From positions 253,084,001 to 253,148,000 of the forward strand of contig OZ024742.1 of NCBI GenBank assembly GCA_964016885.1: a DNA stretch of 64,000 bases. Direction: 5' to 3'. The translations under genes and the position numbers were made by a program. This DNA is from Eledone cirrhosa. Lineage: Eukaryota. Shown in pieces: positions 1 to 13,906 of the stretch (position 1 is the first letter of the stretch; each line of letters opens with the position of its first letter). The notes under the pieces were generated by a model that searched no databases, was not told the DNA's origin, and worked only from the letters and a program-made list of their open reading frames with translations.

Positions 1-117
1 GTTCCGCCTGTACAATTTTCTAATCTTGAACCTTATATAGATCCCTCTAGTTAAATGTGTGTGTTATTTCAACAGTGTTTCTAGTAGTTGACTTCATATC
101 ATTTATATACAAAAGAA

Positions 118-335
118 GGGCGGTGGATTGGCAGTATCAGTAGAGAGTCAGACACCATGCTTTGCAGCATAGAGTTACGGTCTTTTACGGTCTGAGTTCA
201 AATCCCACTGAGGTTAACTTGGCCTTTCATCCTTACGGGGTTGATCAAATAAAGCACCAGTAACGTACTGGGGTCGATTTAATCGACTTTTCCCTCCTCC
301 CAAATTACTGACCTTGTGCTTATACTAGAAATCAT
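118..335 (+). mobile_element. tRNA-derived SINE (family A)
   Basis: B-box-like GAGTTCAAATCC and a conserved body (ttggcctttcatccttacgggg...aaataaag...ccagta) that recurs at 1032-1237(-), 18450-18642, 26672-26858 and 34810-35025(-). Confidence 0.8.
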
Positions 336-1031
336 TTATATACAAAAGATACTTGATTTGTCTACCCATCATGATTGTATCTGAGTCATGTCTTGTTTAA
401 CAAATTAGTTAAATGAGTTAGAGTTAGGCAGAAAATGAGTGTCAAAAACAAATGAGAGGATAACCTTGTTCCTTAAATACTATAATGTAATTCCTTAGCT
501 TGCCAGATAGCTCGCTTATGCACAATTATCTATTCATGTATCTACACACAGAGAGTGTATCAGCTTTATTTTAACACCTGAAAGAGTTACATCAAGCTGT
601 TATACATCTCAGACAGATATAAAACAGGTTCAGCTCATTAGAATTCCACTATCCTTTAATTTTTCAGGTGCATGGATATGTGACTGAGTGGGAGGAGAAG
701 TAATAGAATTGGTAGATTGTAGCAGTGGGTGTCTTGTGTATGTCTTGCTTTGAATGTATTACATGTGAGTACTATTTAGGTCTCTTCTCTCACATTTGCA
801 GATGCTACTGTTGCTCTGCACACAAGCGTATCAATGTGAAACATAAGCTATCAAGTAGATAGGCTGTGACATTGTTAAAATTACAGTCTGGTGATTAGTT
901 TGACTGTTTCTTTCTTTTATGACATTCCTTCTGGTGTAATATTTTGGATATGCTGTTTTCCAAGCAATCAGTGTTTTTCTTAATGATAGGCTAATTGATG
1001 ATAAATATGTTGTGAACAATAATAATAATAA

Positions 1032-1231
1032 TTGTTTATTATTTAGGCACAAGACCAACAATTTTGAGGCTGTGGAAGTCAATTAAATCAACCCCAGTGT
1101 ATTACTGGTACTTTATTTTATCGACTCCATAAGGATAAAAGACAAAACTAACCTCGACAGGATTTGAACTCAGAACATAAAGGGCTGTAACTATATGCTA
1201 CACGGCATGTTGTCCAACGCTTTACAGATAC

Positions 1232-1237
<6 letters not shown>
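1032..1237 (-). mobile_element. SINE family A copy, ending at a (TA)n tract
   Basis: Reverse-complement homology to 118-335. Confidence 0.8.
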
Positions 1238-1284
<47 letters not shown>

Positions 1285-1469
1285 GATAAATCTACCAAGA
1301 GTTTACGGTAGTGTCCAATCCGTATGAAGAACTCAATGTATTCCGGATATCATGGAAAGAAGAGATGTAATGAAAATCCACTTTCGGTGAAAGATAAACG
1401 GTATACAGAGTCAAGATAAAATATTAAATAAATAATGAACAAACAATTCCTTATATTAAACAAAAAAAG

Positions 1470-1624
1470 TTCACTATTTAACGATCGTTTCTAGGGTATA
1501 TATGTGTTATAATTGGTATGCATATTCAACAGATCTATGTACAAAATTATACAAAATTATACAAATTATCAAGATTAAATATACATACCTAACACATATA
1601 TACGCCGTCTTCAGAAATAATGAA
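1470..1624 (-). ncRNA. Hammerhead ribozyme copy (inverted arm)
   Basis: Reverse complement of 3547-3701. Confidence 0.78.
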
Positions 1625-2122
1625 GTATATTTATTGATAATAACAACAATTCAAAATATCAGTTCAAAATTGACCAATGAAAACACAAAGGGTTAAAAGC
1701 AGTTTGGTGTGTGTATATACATGTAAAATCCTTACACATATTTTACAATAATGTGTGTATAATTTGTATGCGCATACTAAAAAGATGGATGCAAACACAA
1801 AATTTCAAGGTTAATATCTCTGTAAGCTTAATGCGCTGATAAGATGCGCATTGATACTTATGGAGTCAAGCATATAAATATATTTTTTCATACTCACACA
1901 TATCAGTATAATCACACATACATGCGCGTATATGCATAAATATACACATAACCACGAACATACAAACACACACACTATGTATATATATATGTATACGTGT
2001 GTGTATATAGATATATATATATATATACATGTGGGTGTTTGTATGTGTATTTATGGTGGTATGAGTGTGTGGATATATATGTTTTATATATATATGTGTG
2101 TATATATATATATATGTTTCTA

Positions 2123-2165
<43 letters not shown>

Positions 2166-2507
2166 GTATGTGTATGTGTATGTATATGTGTGTGTATGTA
2201 TATATATGTGTGTGTATGTATGTGTGTATATATATATATATCTCTATTAATGCGTGTGTGTATGTATATACATATGCGTTTTTTTATTATTATTTTCATT
2301 TGTATGTCTGAGTTTGGTGAGGTGGTATTGTTTTTTATGTGTATACACATATATGGAAGCGTATGTATTTATTTATATGAGTATAAGTAGGTGCATATGT
2401 ATGTATGATTATATATCTAATTCTATGTATGAAGGTACATCTATATATATATATATATGTACGTGTGTATGTAAGTTGTGTGTGTATGTATCTTTATGTC
2501 TATGTGA

Positions 2508-2587
<80 letters not shown>

Positions 2588-2676
2588 CGATGTGCGTATA
2601 TGTATGTACATGTATGTACATGTATGTGTATATGTATGTGTATGTATATTTAGATGTATGTGTATGTATGTGTATA

Positions 2677-2725
<49 letters not shown>

Positions 2726-3546
2726 ATATATATATATATATGGATATATATCTTTATTATCTATTTTTTATATATATGTGTATGTGTGTATGTGTTGCGC
2801 GTGTGTGTGTGTGTATATATATCTTTTTATATGTGTATGTGTATGTTCGTGTAAGTGTATGTGTGTGTATGACTGTATATGTATGTGTGTATGTGTGTAT
2901 GCGTAAATATCTCTATGTGCGCGTACATGTATGTATGTGTATGTATATCTGTATGTGTATGTACATTATATTATATTTATTATATTTTATTGTTTTTATT
3001 TTTTTATTTTTCTTAATTTATAGATACATTTATATTAGGCAGTCTGCTCAGACAATCTAATACTGACCCCTCCCCCCCCTCCCACCTAATTTCTGTATCT
3101 TGATCTTGAAATGTGTGTGCCAGTGTTTTATGTGAGTGACTTAATTTCTATGTGCTTATGATTTTATATCCACATCTATAAATGTGAGTGGGGGAGTGTG
3201 TGTGTTTGTATGTTCGTGGTTATGTGTATATTTATGCATATACGCGCATGTATGTGTGATTATACTGATATGTGTGAGTATGAAAAAATATATTTATATG
3301 CTTGACTCCATAAGTATCAATGCGCATCTTATCAGCGCATTAAGCTTACAGAGATATTAACCTTGAAATTTTGTGTTTGCATCCATCTTTTTAGTATGCG
3401 CATACAAATTATACACACATTATTGTAAAATATGTGTAAGGATTTTACATGTATATACACACACCAAAATGCTTTTAACCCTTTGTGTTTTCATTGGTCA
3501 ATTTTGAACTGATATTTTGAATTGTTGTTATTATCAATAAATATAC

Positions 3547-3701
3547 TTCATTATTTCTGAAGACGGCGTATATATGTGTTAGGTATGTATATTTAATCTT
3601 GATAATTTGTATAATTTTGTATAATTTTGTACATAGATCTGTTGAATATGCATACCAATTATAACACATATATACCCTAGAAACGATCGTTAAATAGTGA
3701 A
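3547..3701 (+). ncRNA. Type I hammerhead ribozyme with long stem II (5' pLTR)
   Basis: Stem I TTCATTATTT/AAATAGTGAA; core CTGAAGA 3557-3563; GAAA 3680-3683; palindromic stem III C-GATC-G; GTT cleavage triplet; stem II 3564-3679 (GTATATATGTGTTA/TAACACATATATAC). Confidence 0.8.
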
Positions 3702-4046
3702 CTTTTTTTGTTTAATATAAGGAATTGTTTGTTCATTATTTATTTAATATTTTATCTTGACTCTGTATACCGTTTATCTTTCACCGAAAGTGGATTTTCA
3801 TTACATCTCTTCTTTCCATGATATCCGGAATACATTGAGTTCTTCATACGGATTGGACACTACCGTAAACTCTTGGTAGATTTATCTACATAATTTTGCT
3901 CCTATTTTCACGGAAATATTCGTATTTTTGTACTGTATGTGTGTATTAATTTTATATTTATGTATAAACATATATATATATGTATGATTTTGTAAACCCA
4001 TATACATTTAGTTGAGCTCTTTCAATTGTCCATCATCCATATCACA

Positions 4047-6471
4047 ATGGAAAAACAATATTTAGGAACCTCCTTAAAAAACATACCAATACCTTCTAAG
4101 GACGACTTCTTACTCCTTATGATTCAGAAAACTAATAATTTTATCAGAAGGGTTAGATGGAGAGCCTACCACTTCGATAGAAAATCTAAACAAGCAGATC
4201 GGAAATATATGTATGATTTCAATACTTACAAGAATCCACCACACAACTTTTTACTTGAAGACTTCGAGAAAGACCTTTTTAATTTAATTAAACACCTCAA
4301 ATTTAAAAAGTATAAATCCGTCTTTCAAAAGGACCTTGATTCTACCCTATTGGACCTAAAAAAATCTAAAAAAATCCATGTCCACTCGGACAAAACTGGT
4401 AACTTGTATCATATGGATATTGAACATTATAATGAGTTCATATATAAAGAACTCAGAAAAAATTATAAAAAATCTAATAATGTGTCACTCACCAACATCA
4501 ACAACAAAACACACAACATAGTAAAAAAACTAAATATTGAAGATAGAACTGAACCTTTGGCATTGAAAAGACCACACTTCAACCTGAAAGATCACAAATC
4601 TAACTTTAATTCTAATCCTTCTATTAGACTTATATGTCCCTCCAAATCAGATATTGGAATAATTAGCAAAAAAATTTTAGATAGAGTCATCCCACAAATA
4701 AGAAAATACGTTATTTTACCACTCTGGGAAAACACCTCCCAGGTAATTAATTGGTTTAAAAATATTAGGTGTAAATCTTCTGCTTCTTTCCTACAATTTG
4801 ATATAGATAATTACTATTCTTCTATATCACCCATACTCCTGAACAAAGCATTAATATTTGCTAAAAATAGATCTAATTTAACTTCGGATGACATTAACAT
4901 TATTACACATGCTAGACAAACACTTATTGAATTTCAGAATGAGTACTGGACCAGAAACACATACAGTAATCTTTTTGATATTACTATGGGTTCAAGCGAT
5001 TCCGCCCAAATTACTGATCTTGTGGGCCTCTTTCTCCTTTTCAACATAAATGCCTCTTTTCCCCACCTCAAAGGTGGTTTATATCGTGATGACTGTCTTC
5101 TTCTTTCTAACAACCTTAGCCTTTCAGAAATCGAAAAAAACAAAAAGCATATTAGAACTTTCCTTAAAGACTATTATAATCTTAATATTACTTTTGAAAA
5201 AACAAGTAAAGTAGTAAATTTCCTAGATATAACTTTAGATTTAGCTACGGGTATATACCAACCTTACCATAAACCTAACCAAAACTTACATTACATACAC
5301 TCACAATCTAATCACCCTAAATCTATCCTTAAAAACCTTGCATATAATATATCACTTAGAATTTCTAACCTTTCTTCTAACCAAGATGTATTTGATAAAA
5401 ATGCGACCTTTTATAATGAAGCTCTAGATAGAAGTGGCCACAAAAATAGATTAGAGTATATACCTTCTACTAAAAATACTGAAAGCATACAGCATAATAT
5501 TACCAACAAACACCAAATGAAAAGTACACACCTAAATGCCACCCACAATATACCCCAAAATACTAAATCTTCTAATATAAAAAACTACTCATCATACAAC
5601 TATAATAAATATTAATAATAAAACTCCTAATAAAAAAGATAAAACACCTAAATCTACAAATATAACTAAAAATAGTTGTGGTGAGATCATTAACATTAAT
5701 CCTCCTAGTAAAAATCATGATACAACCTATAAAAATAATAAAAATAATAAACAACATAGAAACCGTAATAGACGAGTTACTTGGTATAATGCTCCTTTTA
5801 ATTTACAAGTTAAGGATAATATTGCTAAAAAATTTTTTTATATCCTTGAGAAAAACTTCCCGCCAAACCACAAATACCATCAAATCTTAAATAGGTCTAC
5901 AGTTAAATTCTCATACTCTACAACAAATAACATAAAACAAAATATAAGTGCATATAATGCATATAAATGTAAGAAAACCATAAGTATACCACCAGTACAT
6001 CAAATTAACAATAATATCTCCTCAAATACAGAATTAACGAAAGGATGTAACTGTAGAAACAAAACAAACTGCCCATTAAAAGGGAATTGTCTTGTTAACA
6101 ACATAGTCTATAAATGTAATGTTAAAACTAAAGATTCTATTTGCTCATATATAGGAGCTACCTCTAACAATTTTAAGACAAGGTTTAATACCCACAAACA
6201 TAGTTTTAAAAATGCCGCACTGGCTAATACAACATCTCTAGCAGAAAAAATCAATAGTTATAAAAATAAAAATATAAAATATGATTTGACCTGGAGTGTG
6301 CTCAAAAGAGCCACCCCTTATCAAAATAATAGAAAGGAATGTAGATTATGTTCCCAAGAACTATTTGAAATAATGAAGTCTAAGGATATCTTATTAAATA
6401 AACGACAGGAATTAATTATATCGTGTAATCATAAACTAAAAAAAACATTTAAATATTATAAACCTAATTAA
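4047..6471 (+). CDS. PLE reverse transcriptase + GIY-YIG endonuclease (~807 aa), one frameshift near 5579-5612
   Basis: First frame from ATG 4047: SLKNIPIPS, RVRWRA, QFDIDNYYSSI, TMGSSDSAQ, GLYRDD, VNFLDITL. My translation of the other frame is open 5581-6471: WYNAPF, CNCRNKTNCPLKGNC, IVYKC..YIG, CRLC, LNKR..CNH. The YRDD motif and Cys pattern are Naiad-like. Confidence 0.92.
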
Positions 6472-8235
6472 TAACATTATTCTAGAAATTAATTTAATTT
6501 AAATGTTAGTTAACCTATAAATTTAATTTAATTAATATTTTATTACAGATGAGAAAATATTATGTAATCATAAATTGTGAAAAACCTTTAAATGTTACTA
6601 ATATATACTCAGTAATTTAATTTATAGATTAATTTTAATTTATTTAAACCTTTTTATTTTTATTATAATTTTTTTTTATTATAATTCTTTTACAGATAAA
6701 ATATAACAAAATAATATCATGTATCCAATGACGGAGAAAGAATTTTTAGTATTATAGACCTAATTAATATACATTTTGGAAATATATTTATTATTTGGTT
6801 TTAGTTTTAATCAACCTAAAACTTTAATTTTAATTTGCTTAAAATTAGTATCCTTGTACAGACGAATTGCAGAATGTCATGTAATCATAGAATGGGATGT
6901 GTTTTGGATATATACCTAGTTAATATATTCTGTGCAATTTTTTGAAAAAGATATGTATATGTATATGTATATGTATATGTGTGTGTTGTGTATGTGTATC
7001 TGTATGTATGTTTATGTGTGTATATATGTATATATGTATATATATGTATATATATATATATATATGTGTGTATATGTATGTATATGTGTATGTGTATGTA
7101 TATGTATATGTATGCGTATTAATTTTGATTTTTATTTGCATATAATTATATTATGCTATTGATGAAATACAATATCTGCTTTATGTATTGTATACCTAAT
7201 TAACATATACTAATTAACGTATACTATTGAAATAAATATATAATTTTTAATTTAGTTAACATATAATTTATATGCTACTACCGATGTAATACTTTATTTT
7301 ATTTTTATTTGGGTTTCTTTTCCCTATTACTAAATTCATCTCCTAATATTGATACCATAACGTTATTAACTTTAATTTAGTTATAATGTAATTAATAATC
7401 TACTACTGTTTGACTTCATAATTCTGCTTCAAATATTATAAACCTAACTAATTTACACCTTAGAAATCAATATGTTGACTATCTTTGGTTTAGTTAACAT
7501 ATGATTAATGGTATACTTATTTATTTTGAGATGCATAGATTTCGTATTTCCTAGCACTGAAAATATGTAAGAACATACATTGAATTAAGATACGGAAAAT
7601 ATTATATGTTTCTTGAAACATATATTTACTTTGATCCCCTTCTCCAAACCCCCCCTTTCCCCCATACTATTATCATCTGTATTTGTAAGAGTCTATGTAT
7701 GAATATATGTGTAGGTAGGTGTATATATAGGTTTTGGTATTTATATCTAAATATAAAAATACATATATGAGCATGCAAATATGAATGTAAGATTGTGTGT
7801 GTATATATGATTGTACATACATATGTATGTATATATATATATATATATGTATTATATATGTATGTGTATGTGAATGTGTTGTATGTATATGTGTATGTAT
7901 GTGTATATATGTGTATGTATGTGTATGCTTGTATATATAGGAATATATATATGTGTATATATGTATGTATATGTATATGCGTGTATGTATGTATGTGTAT
8001 ATGTGTTGTGTATATATTTGTATGTCTCTCTATTTATATGTTTATCTTCGTATCTATGTGATATATGTGTGTGTGTGTGCACGTATGCATATGTATGTGT
8101 TTGTGTGTGTTTGTATGTGTGTGTGTATATATGTGTGTGTGCGCACACTCACATACACATATATATATATATATATGTGAGTGTGTATGTGTGTCTGTGT
8201 GTGTGTGTGTGTGTGTATGTGTGTATATATATATG

Positions 8236-8267
<32 letters not shown>

Positions 8268-8757
8268 GATATATATATATATATATATATATATAGGTGT
8301 CTATGTGTGAATATACGTCTTTATTCGTATGTGTGTATTTATGTATGTATATATTTATGTGTATGTATGTATGTGTATGTATGTATGTATATATATATAT
8401 ATATATATATGTATATGTATATATATATATGTATATTATTCTTTATTATTATTGTAATATAACTTATGTGTATATGTGTATAAGTGAGGTTGTGTATGTA
8501 TATATAATGTGTGTATGTATAAGAGTAATGAAATATATATATATATATATATATATGTGCATGTCTGTTTTTTATGTGTGTGTATATATGTATGTGTATG
8601 TGTATATATATATGTATATATATATGTATACGTGTGTGTATATAGATATATATATATATATACATGTGGGTGTTTGTATGTGTATTTATGGTGGTATGAG
8701 TGTGTGGATATATATGTTTTATATATATATGTGTGTATATATATATATATGTTTCTA

Positions 8758-8800
<43 letters not shown>

Positions 8801-9140
8801 GTATGTGTATGTGTATGTATATGTGTGTGTATGTATATATATGTGTGTGTATGTATGTGTGTATATATATATATCTCTATTAATGCGTGTGTGTATGTAT
8901 ATACATATGCGTTTTTTTATTATTATTTTCATTTGTATGTCTGAGTTTGGTGAGGTGGTATTGTTTTTTATGTGTATACACATATATGGAAGCGTATGTA
9001 TTTATTTATATGAGTATAAGTAGGTGCATATGTATGTATGATTATATATCTAATTCTATGTATGAAGGTACATCTATATATATATATATATGTACGTGTG
9101 TATGTAAGTTGTGTGTGTATGTATCTTTATGTCTATGTGA

Positions 9141-9194
<54 letters not shown>

Positions 9195-9283
9195 CGATGT
9201 GCGTATATGTATGTACATGTATGTACATGTATGTGTATATGTATGTGTATGTATATTTAGATGTATGTGTATGTATGTGTATA

Positions 9284-9336
<53 letters not shown>

Positions 9337-10157
9337 ATATATATATATATATGGATATATATCTTTATTATCTATTTTTTATATATATGTGTATGTGTGT
9401 ATGTGTTGCGCGTGTGTGTGTGTGTATATATATCTTTTTATATGTGTATGTGTATGTTCGTGTAAGTGTATGTGTGTGTATGACTGTATATGTATGTGTG
9501 TATGTGTGTATGCGTAAATATCTCTATGTGCGCGTACATGTATGTATGTGTATGTATATCTGTATGTGTATGTACATTATATTATATTTATTATATTTTA
9601 TTGTTTTTATTTTTTTATTTTTCTTAATTTATAGATACATTTATATTAGGCAGTCTGCTCAGACAATCTAATACTGACCCCTCCCCCCCCTCCCACCTAA
9701 TTTCTGTATCTTGATCTTGAAATGTGTGTGCCAGTGTTTTATGTGAGTGACTTAATTTCTATGTGCTTATGATTTTATATCCACATCTATAAATGTGAGT
9801 GGGGGAGTGTGTGTGTTTGTATGTTCGTGGTTATGTGTATATTTATGCATATACGCGCATGTATGTGTGATTATACTGATATGTGTGAGTATGAAAAAAT
9901 ATATTTATATGCTTGACTCCATAAGTATCAATGCGCATCTTATCAGCGCATTAAGCTTACAGAGATATTAACCTTGAAATTTTGTGTTTGCATCCATCTT
10001 TTTAGTATGCGCATACAAATTATACACACATTATTGTAAAATATGTGTAAGGATTTTACATGTATATACACACACCAAACTGCTTTTAACCCTTTGTGTT
10101 TTCATTGGTCAATTTTGAACTGATATTTTGAATTGTTGTTATTATCAATAAATATAC

Positions 10158-10312
10158 TTCATTATTTCTGAAGACGGCGTATATATGTGTTAGGTATGTA
10201 TATTTAATCTTGATAATTTGTATAATTTTGTATAATTTTGTACATAGATCTGTTGAATATGCATACCAATTATAACACATATATACCCTAGAAACGATCG
10301 TTAAATAGTGAA
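10158..10312 (+). ncRNA. Hammerhead ribozyme copy (3' pLTR)
   Basis: Same sequence as 3547-3701 at offset 6611. Confidence 0.8.
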
Positions 10313-10357
10313 CTTTTTTTGTTTAATATAAGGAATTGTTTGTTCATTATTTATTTA

Positions 10358-10463
<106 letters not shown>

Positions 10464-10840
10464 GAAAAGTAAGAAATCAGAGAACAGACCGTTAAAACGT
10501 GTTTATTTAAAACAGCACCTACGTACGTTTCGCCCAGTTGGGTTTGTCAAGGGCATAAATAACCAAAAGTGTTACATTGCTCGGAAAGTGTTTTTGGGGT
10601 TAAGTTCACGTCATAATTCATTCTTCGCAAAAAAGGCGTGTTTTGATTTTGCAGTAGGTCAAGGGAGGTAACTCTGGCCAGTGTTAGGGCAGTCTTTCCC
10701 GGACACATTTTTTATCCGTTACAAGATGTGGCTACAACCTTACCATTGTTCCTGGGTGCTTTTTTTGCAGCGCCCTCCCGTCGGGGTTTAAAGCTTGTTG
10801 CAGGAAGATCCGGTACACGGTTTCACTCCTCATCCTTAAC

Positions 10841-13596
10841 TCATCTGAAGAAGGATATTTTTAAGCGATGTGTACAACCTATCGTCGTTTCAGCTCTGCT
10901 GTTGATGAGCTCGTGGGGTGCAGTTATGATGTGGTAGAGCTCCATGAGGCAAAGATCGCACTTCCTCTTGAAGTTGTACGGTGCAGCCCTGCCGACAATA
11001 TCCCAGTGCGTGGAGAAGCTGATGTTTAAGTCTTTTAATGACGTGATGTAGTCCGCGAGCGAAGTGGAGTGTCTTAATTTCTTATTTGTGAACGAGTGGA
11101 GATGTGTTCGAAATCTAATTTTGAACGGGCCGGAAGTAGCCCCTATATAATGTTTAACGTTATTGTGGCTAGTTACAGTGCACCTATATATAAACCTTAT
11201 CAGTCAAGCAGTATTCTCTAAGGGAGCAGCGTCCCCTGTCGCGGCAGTTGCAATTTCTGTCGCGGTTCCTTCCACTTCCCACGGTTAGGCTATCATTGTT
11301 GCTATCTACGCCCCCGCAGCTGTTGTTAGCACCATTACAACCCACAGTGCGCGGGGTGGTACGATTATTATTCCACACGTCATGTCCTGCATGTTCCCCA
11401 GTCATGTCGCGGTTATGCTGGTTGCGTCTGTAGAGGCCGTTGCCAGCACTATTGGATGCTGTTAGGGAGTTGTTAAGGCCGATATAGTTATTGTCAGGTG
11501 TAGGTGCGTCTGTGCTAAGGTGTTGTGTCTTGGTGATCTTACTGTGGTTCGTTGTTCCTATGATGTCTGCTAGGTTAGGAGTAGTAGAGAAGGATATTTT
11601 TATATTGTTCCTATTAAGAATTTTTCTATGCCTATGGTTGGGCGGGAAGTTCTTCTCTAAGGCTTCGAAGAATATCCGGGGTATGTTGGAGGCCACACTC
11701 CGAGAGTAGGGGTTGGGGGTGGGGGTGGAACCATAGGACGTTACGGTGGCGATTACGTGTCCTTGTACGTTTGCTACGGGTGGTTCCATCAAGGTGACCG
11801 TTCTTATGTATGTTATTGCGCTGTAGCCCGTTACGTGCCCCTTTCACTTTATGCTCGCGTGCACTCTTCTTCCTTCTTCCATGTTTATGTAAAGGAAGAT
11901 GTTGGTTGGAAGGCGTTGGTAGTAGGCCGTTGCCTTTGTTGATTTTATAGCAGGGGAATAATTCGAGTAGGCTACAGTGGTCACTGTCACCGGGGTCGTG
12001 ATATTTATTGTGTGGTAAGTTACCTATACCATCGGCAGTGTAATTAACGTTGCGGCCGTGTCTCTTAGTGCGAGATTATCTATACTATTATATCCGACTC
12101 CTACGAAGCCGCCGCGTGATCGGTTATAGGTATGGCTTACTATAACGTTCGTTTTATGGGGGGGGGGGGGGTTCCTAGAGCTAGCGTTAGGGATGTAGGA
12201 AATTCCTCGGTTAAAGCCGGCGCTTATCAAGGCCTTATTGTAGTAATCTGCTGCTTGGTTGAAGATATCTTCATTGGCGGAGAGCCTCGAGATTCTATGT
12301 GAGATGCTATATACTATGGAGTTGAGAATCTGCTTAGGGTGGTTGGAGGCATAATTAATATAAGAAAGGCACTCTCCAGGCTTATGGTATGGCTTGTATA
12401 GGCCCGTACTCAACTCCAGGGTCACGTCCAGGAAGTTGACAACCTGGTGGTTGAGGTCCATAGTTACGGATAGGCCGTATGACTTAAAGAACCTGTGTAT
12501 ATGTTTGTTAAGGTTCTGTATCCTACGAGGGCTATGGTTCCTAACGGTAAACAGGGCGTCGTCCCTATATACACCTCCTTGTAGGGCCGGTATCTCGTCC
12601 ATAAGCTTATGGAGGAGGTATATCACGACCAGGTCAGTTGCTTGCGCTGAGTCACTGGACCCCATCGTGACATCGAAGTTATCAGGACGGTTGGTTCTGG
12701 TTCAGTGGGAGCCTTCGAACTGGATAATGGTTCTACGCGCCGCTAGAACTATGTCTATTTCTTTTTTAGTGAGGCTAGTGTTAGATTTAGCTAATATGAG
12801 TGCCTTATTTAAGAGTATGGGCGAGATAGAGGCGTAGTAACTATGTATGTCAAACTGGATGAACTTCAGGGTCGCTTTATCCAGCAACTCGGCGAACCAA
12901 TTTATGACCTGGTCGGTGTTGTCCCAGAGGCAGACCTTAACCTTTCTATTAAGATCCAGTAGTACTCTATCGAGGATCACTTTACTAATCTTACCTATAT
13001 CAGATGAAGAGGGACATATTAGTCTAATAGTGGGGCTTTCATTAAAGTTACATTTGTGATCCTTAAGAGAGAATCTAGGCGTCAGAGGGACGTACGGGTT
13101 AGTGTACTTTTCTATTTCTAAGCTGGTAACTATATCCTTCCCTACTCTATTTATGTCATTTAGGGTACTAAAGGGTGTTTTTTTGTAGTCTTTGTGTAGT
13201 TCCTTATAAATGAATTTTTTATACTTGCTTGGTTTTGTCGGAGGTGACGAAGAGGTGCGGGTCATTCTTGATCTTAGTTATGAGTGTATCAAGGTACGTT
13301 AAGAATGGATTGCTGCATCGGTGTTTCTTTCTGAACTTAACGTTTTTGATCATTTTCAGCAGGTCCTCCTCAAAGGAGTCTAGTAAGGTGTTGTGCGGTG
13401 GGTTTCGGTATGTTCTGAAGCCATACCTCTCTTTAGGTTCAGGAAGGTTACGGGTGTTCTTATCCAGGTGGTAGGCCTTCCATCTGACTCTCCGTATAAA
13501 CGAGTTAGCAGCGTCTATAAGCAGTTTGAGGTAGGTTTTTCTGCTGGGTAAGGGGATACATTTGAGAGACATGGGTAACGGCTGGTTCTCCAACAT
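10841..13596 (-). pseudogene. Naiad RT + GIY-YIG ORF with frameshifts and stops
   Basis: Fragments SLKCIPLPS, RVRWKA, QFDIHSYYASI, MGSSDSAQ, GVYRDD, CNCRDRGRC, YIGATSG, CDLC are colinear with Naiad-1. Confidence 0.9.
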
Positions 13597-13845
13597 TAAG
13601 GCAAATAAAGTGAGATGCTCTACAAAAGGAACACGGTAATAAAGTATTTACGTATCGAGAGAGAGAAAAAAGGAAGGATAGGTGATACATGTAGTTATTT
13701 GCCAAATAGCGTATGCAAAAGGTGCTCAATACTAGTGCCGGCAGTATTAAATATTAGAAGTGTTAATATTTAATGGGCGAGAGAGATAGCAGAGCGTAAG
13801 CACGTGGAAAAGTAAGAAATCGGAGAACAGACTGTTAAAACATGT

Positions 13846-13906
13846 TTATTTAAAACAGCACCTACGTACGTTTCGCCCAGTTGGGCTTGTCAAGGGCATA
13901 AATAAC
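13846..13906 (-). ncRNA. Variant minimal hammerhead-like motif in Naiad-2 pLTR (second copy 10503-10563)
   Basis: Minus strand reads CTTGACAA-GCCC(AACT)GGGC-GAAA-C-GTAC-GTA. The core is non-canonical and stem I is weak. Confidence 0.55.

Noticed and set aside
660-850. Possible host exon acceptors (ttttcag, tttgcag)
   Set aside because: No recognisable protein and no consistent exon chain.
1502-1696. 64-aa ORF present three times
   Set aside because: It lies antisense within the pLTR over the ribozyme hairpin; the repetition is explained by pLTR duplication.
1932-9671. Many Y/I/V/C/M-rich ORFs
   Set aside because: They are translations of TA/TG microsatellites, open in several frames on both strands.
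12702-12704. In-frame TGA in Naiad-2 as selenocysteine (reported for some Naiads)
   Set aside because: It aligns with Trp in Naiad-1 (YWTR), so it is a TGG>TGA nonsense change. Naiad-1 has no in-frame TGA.
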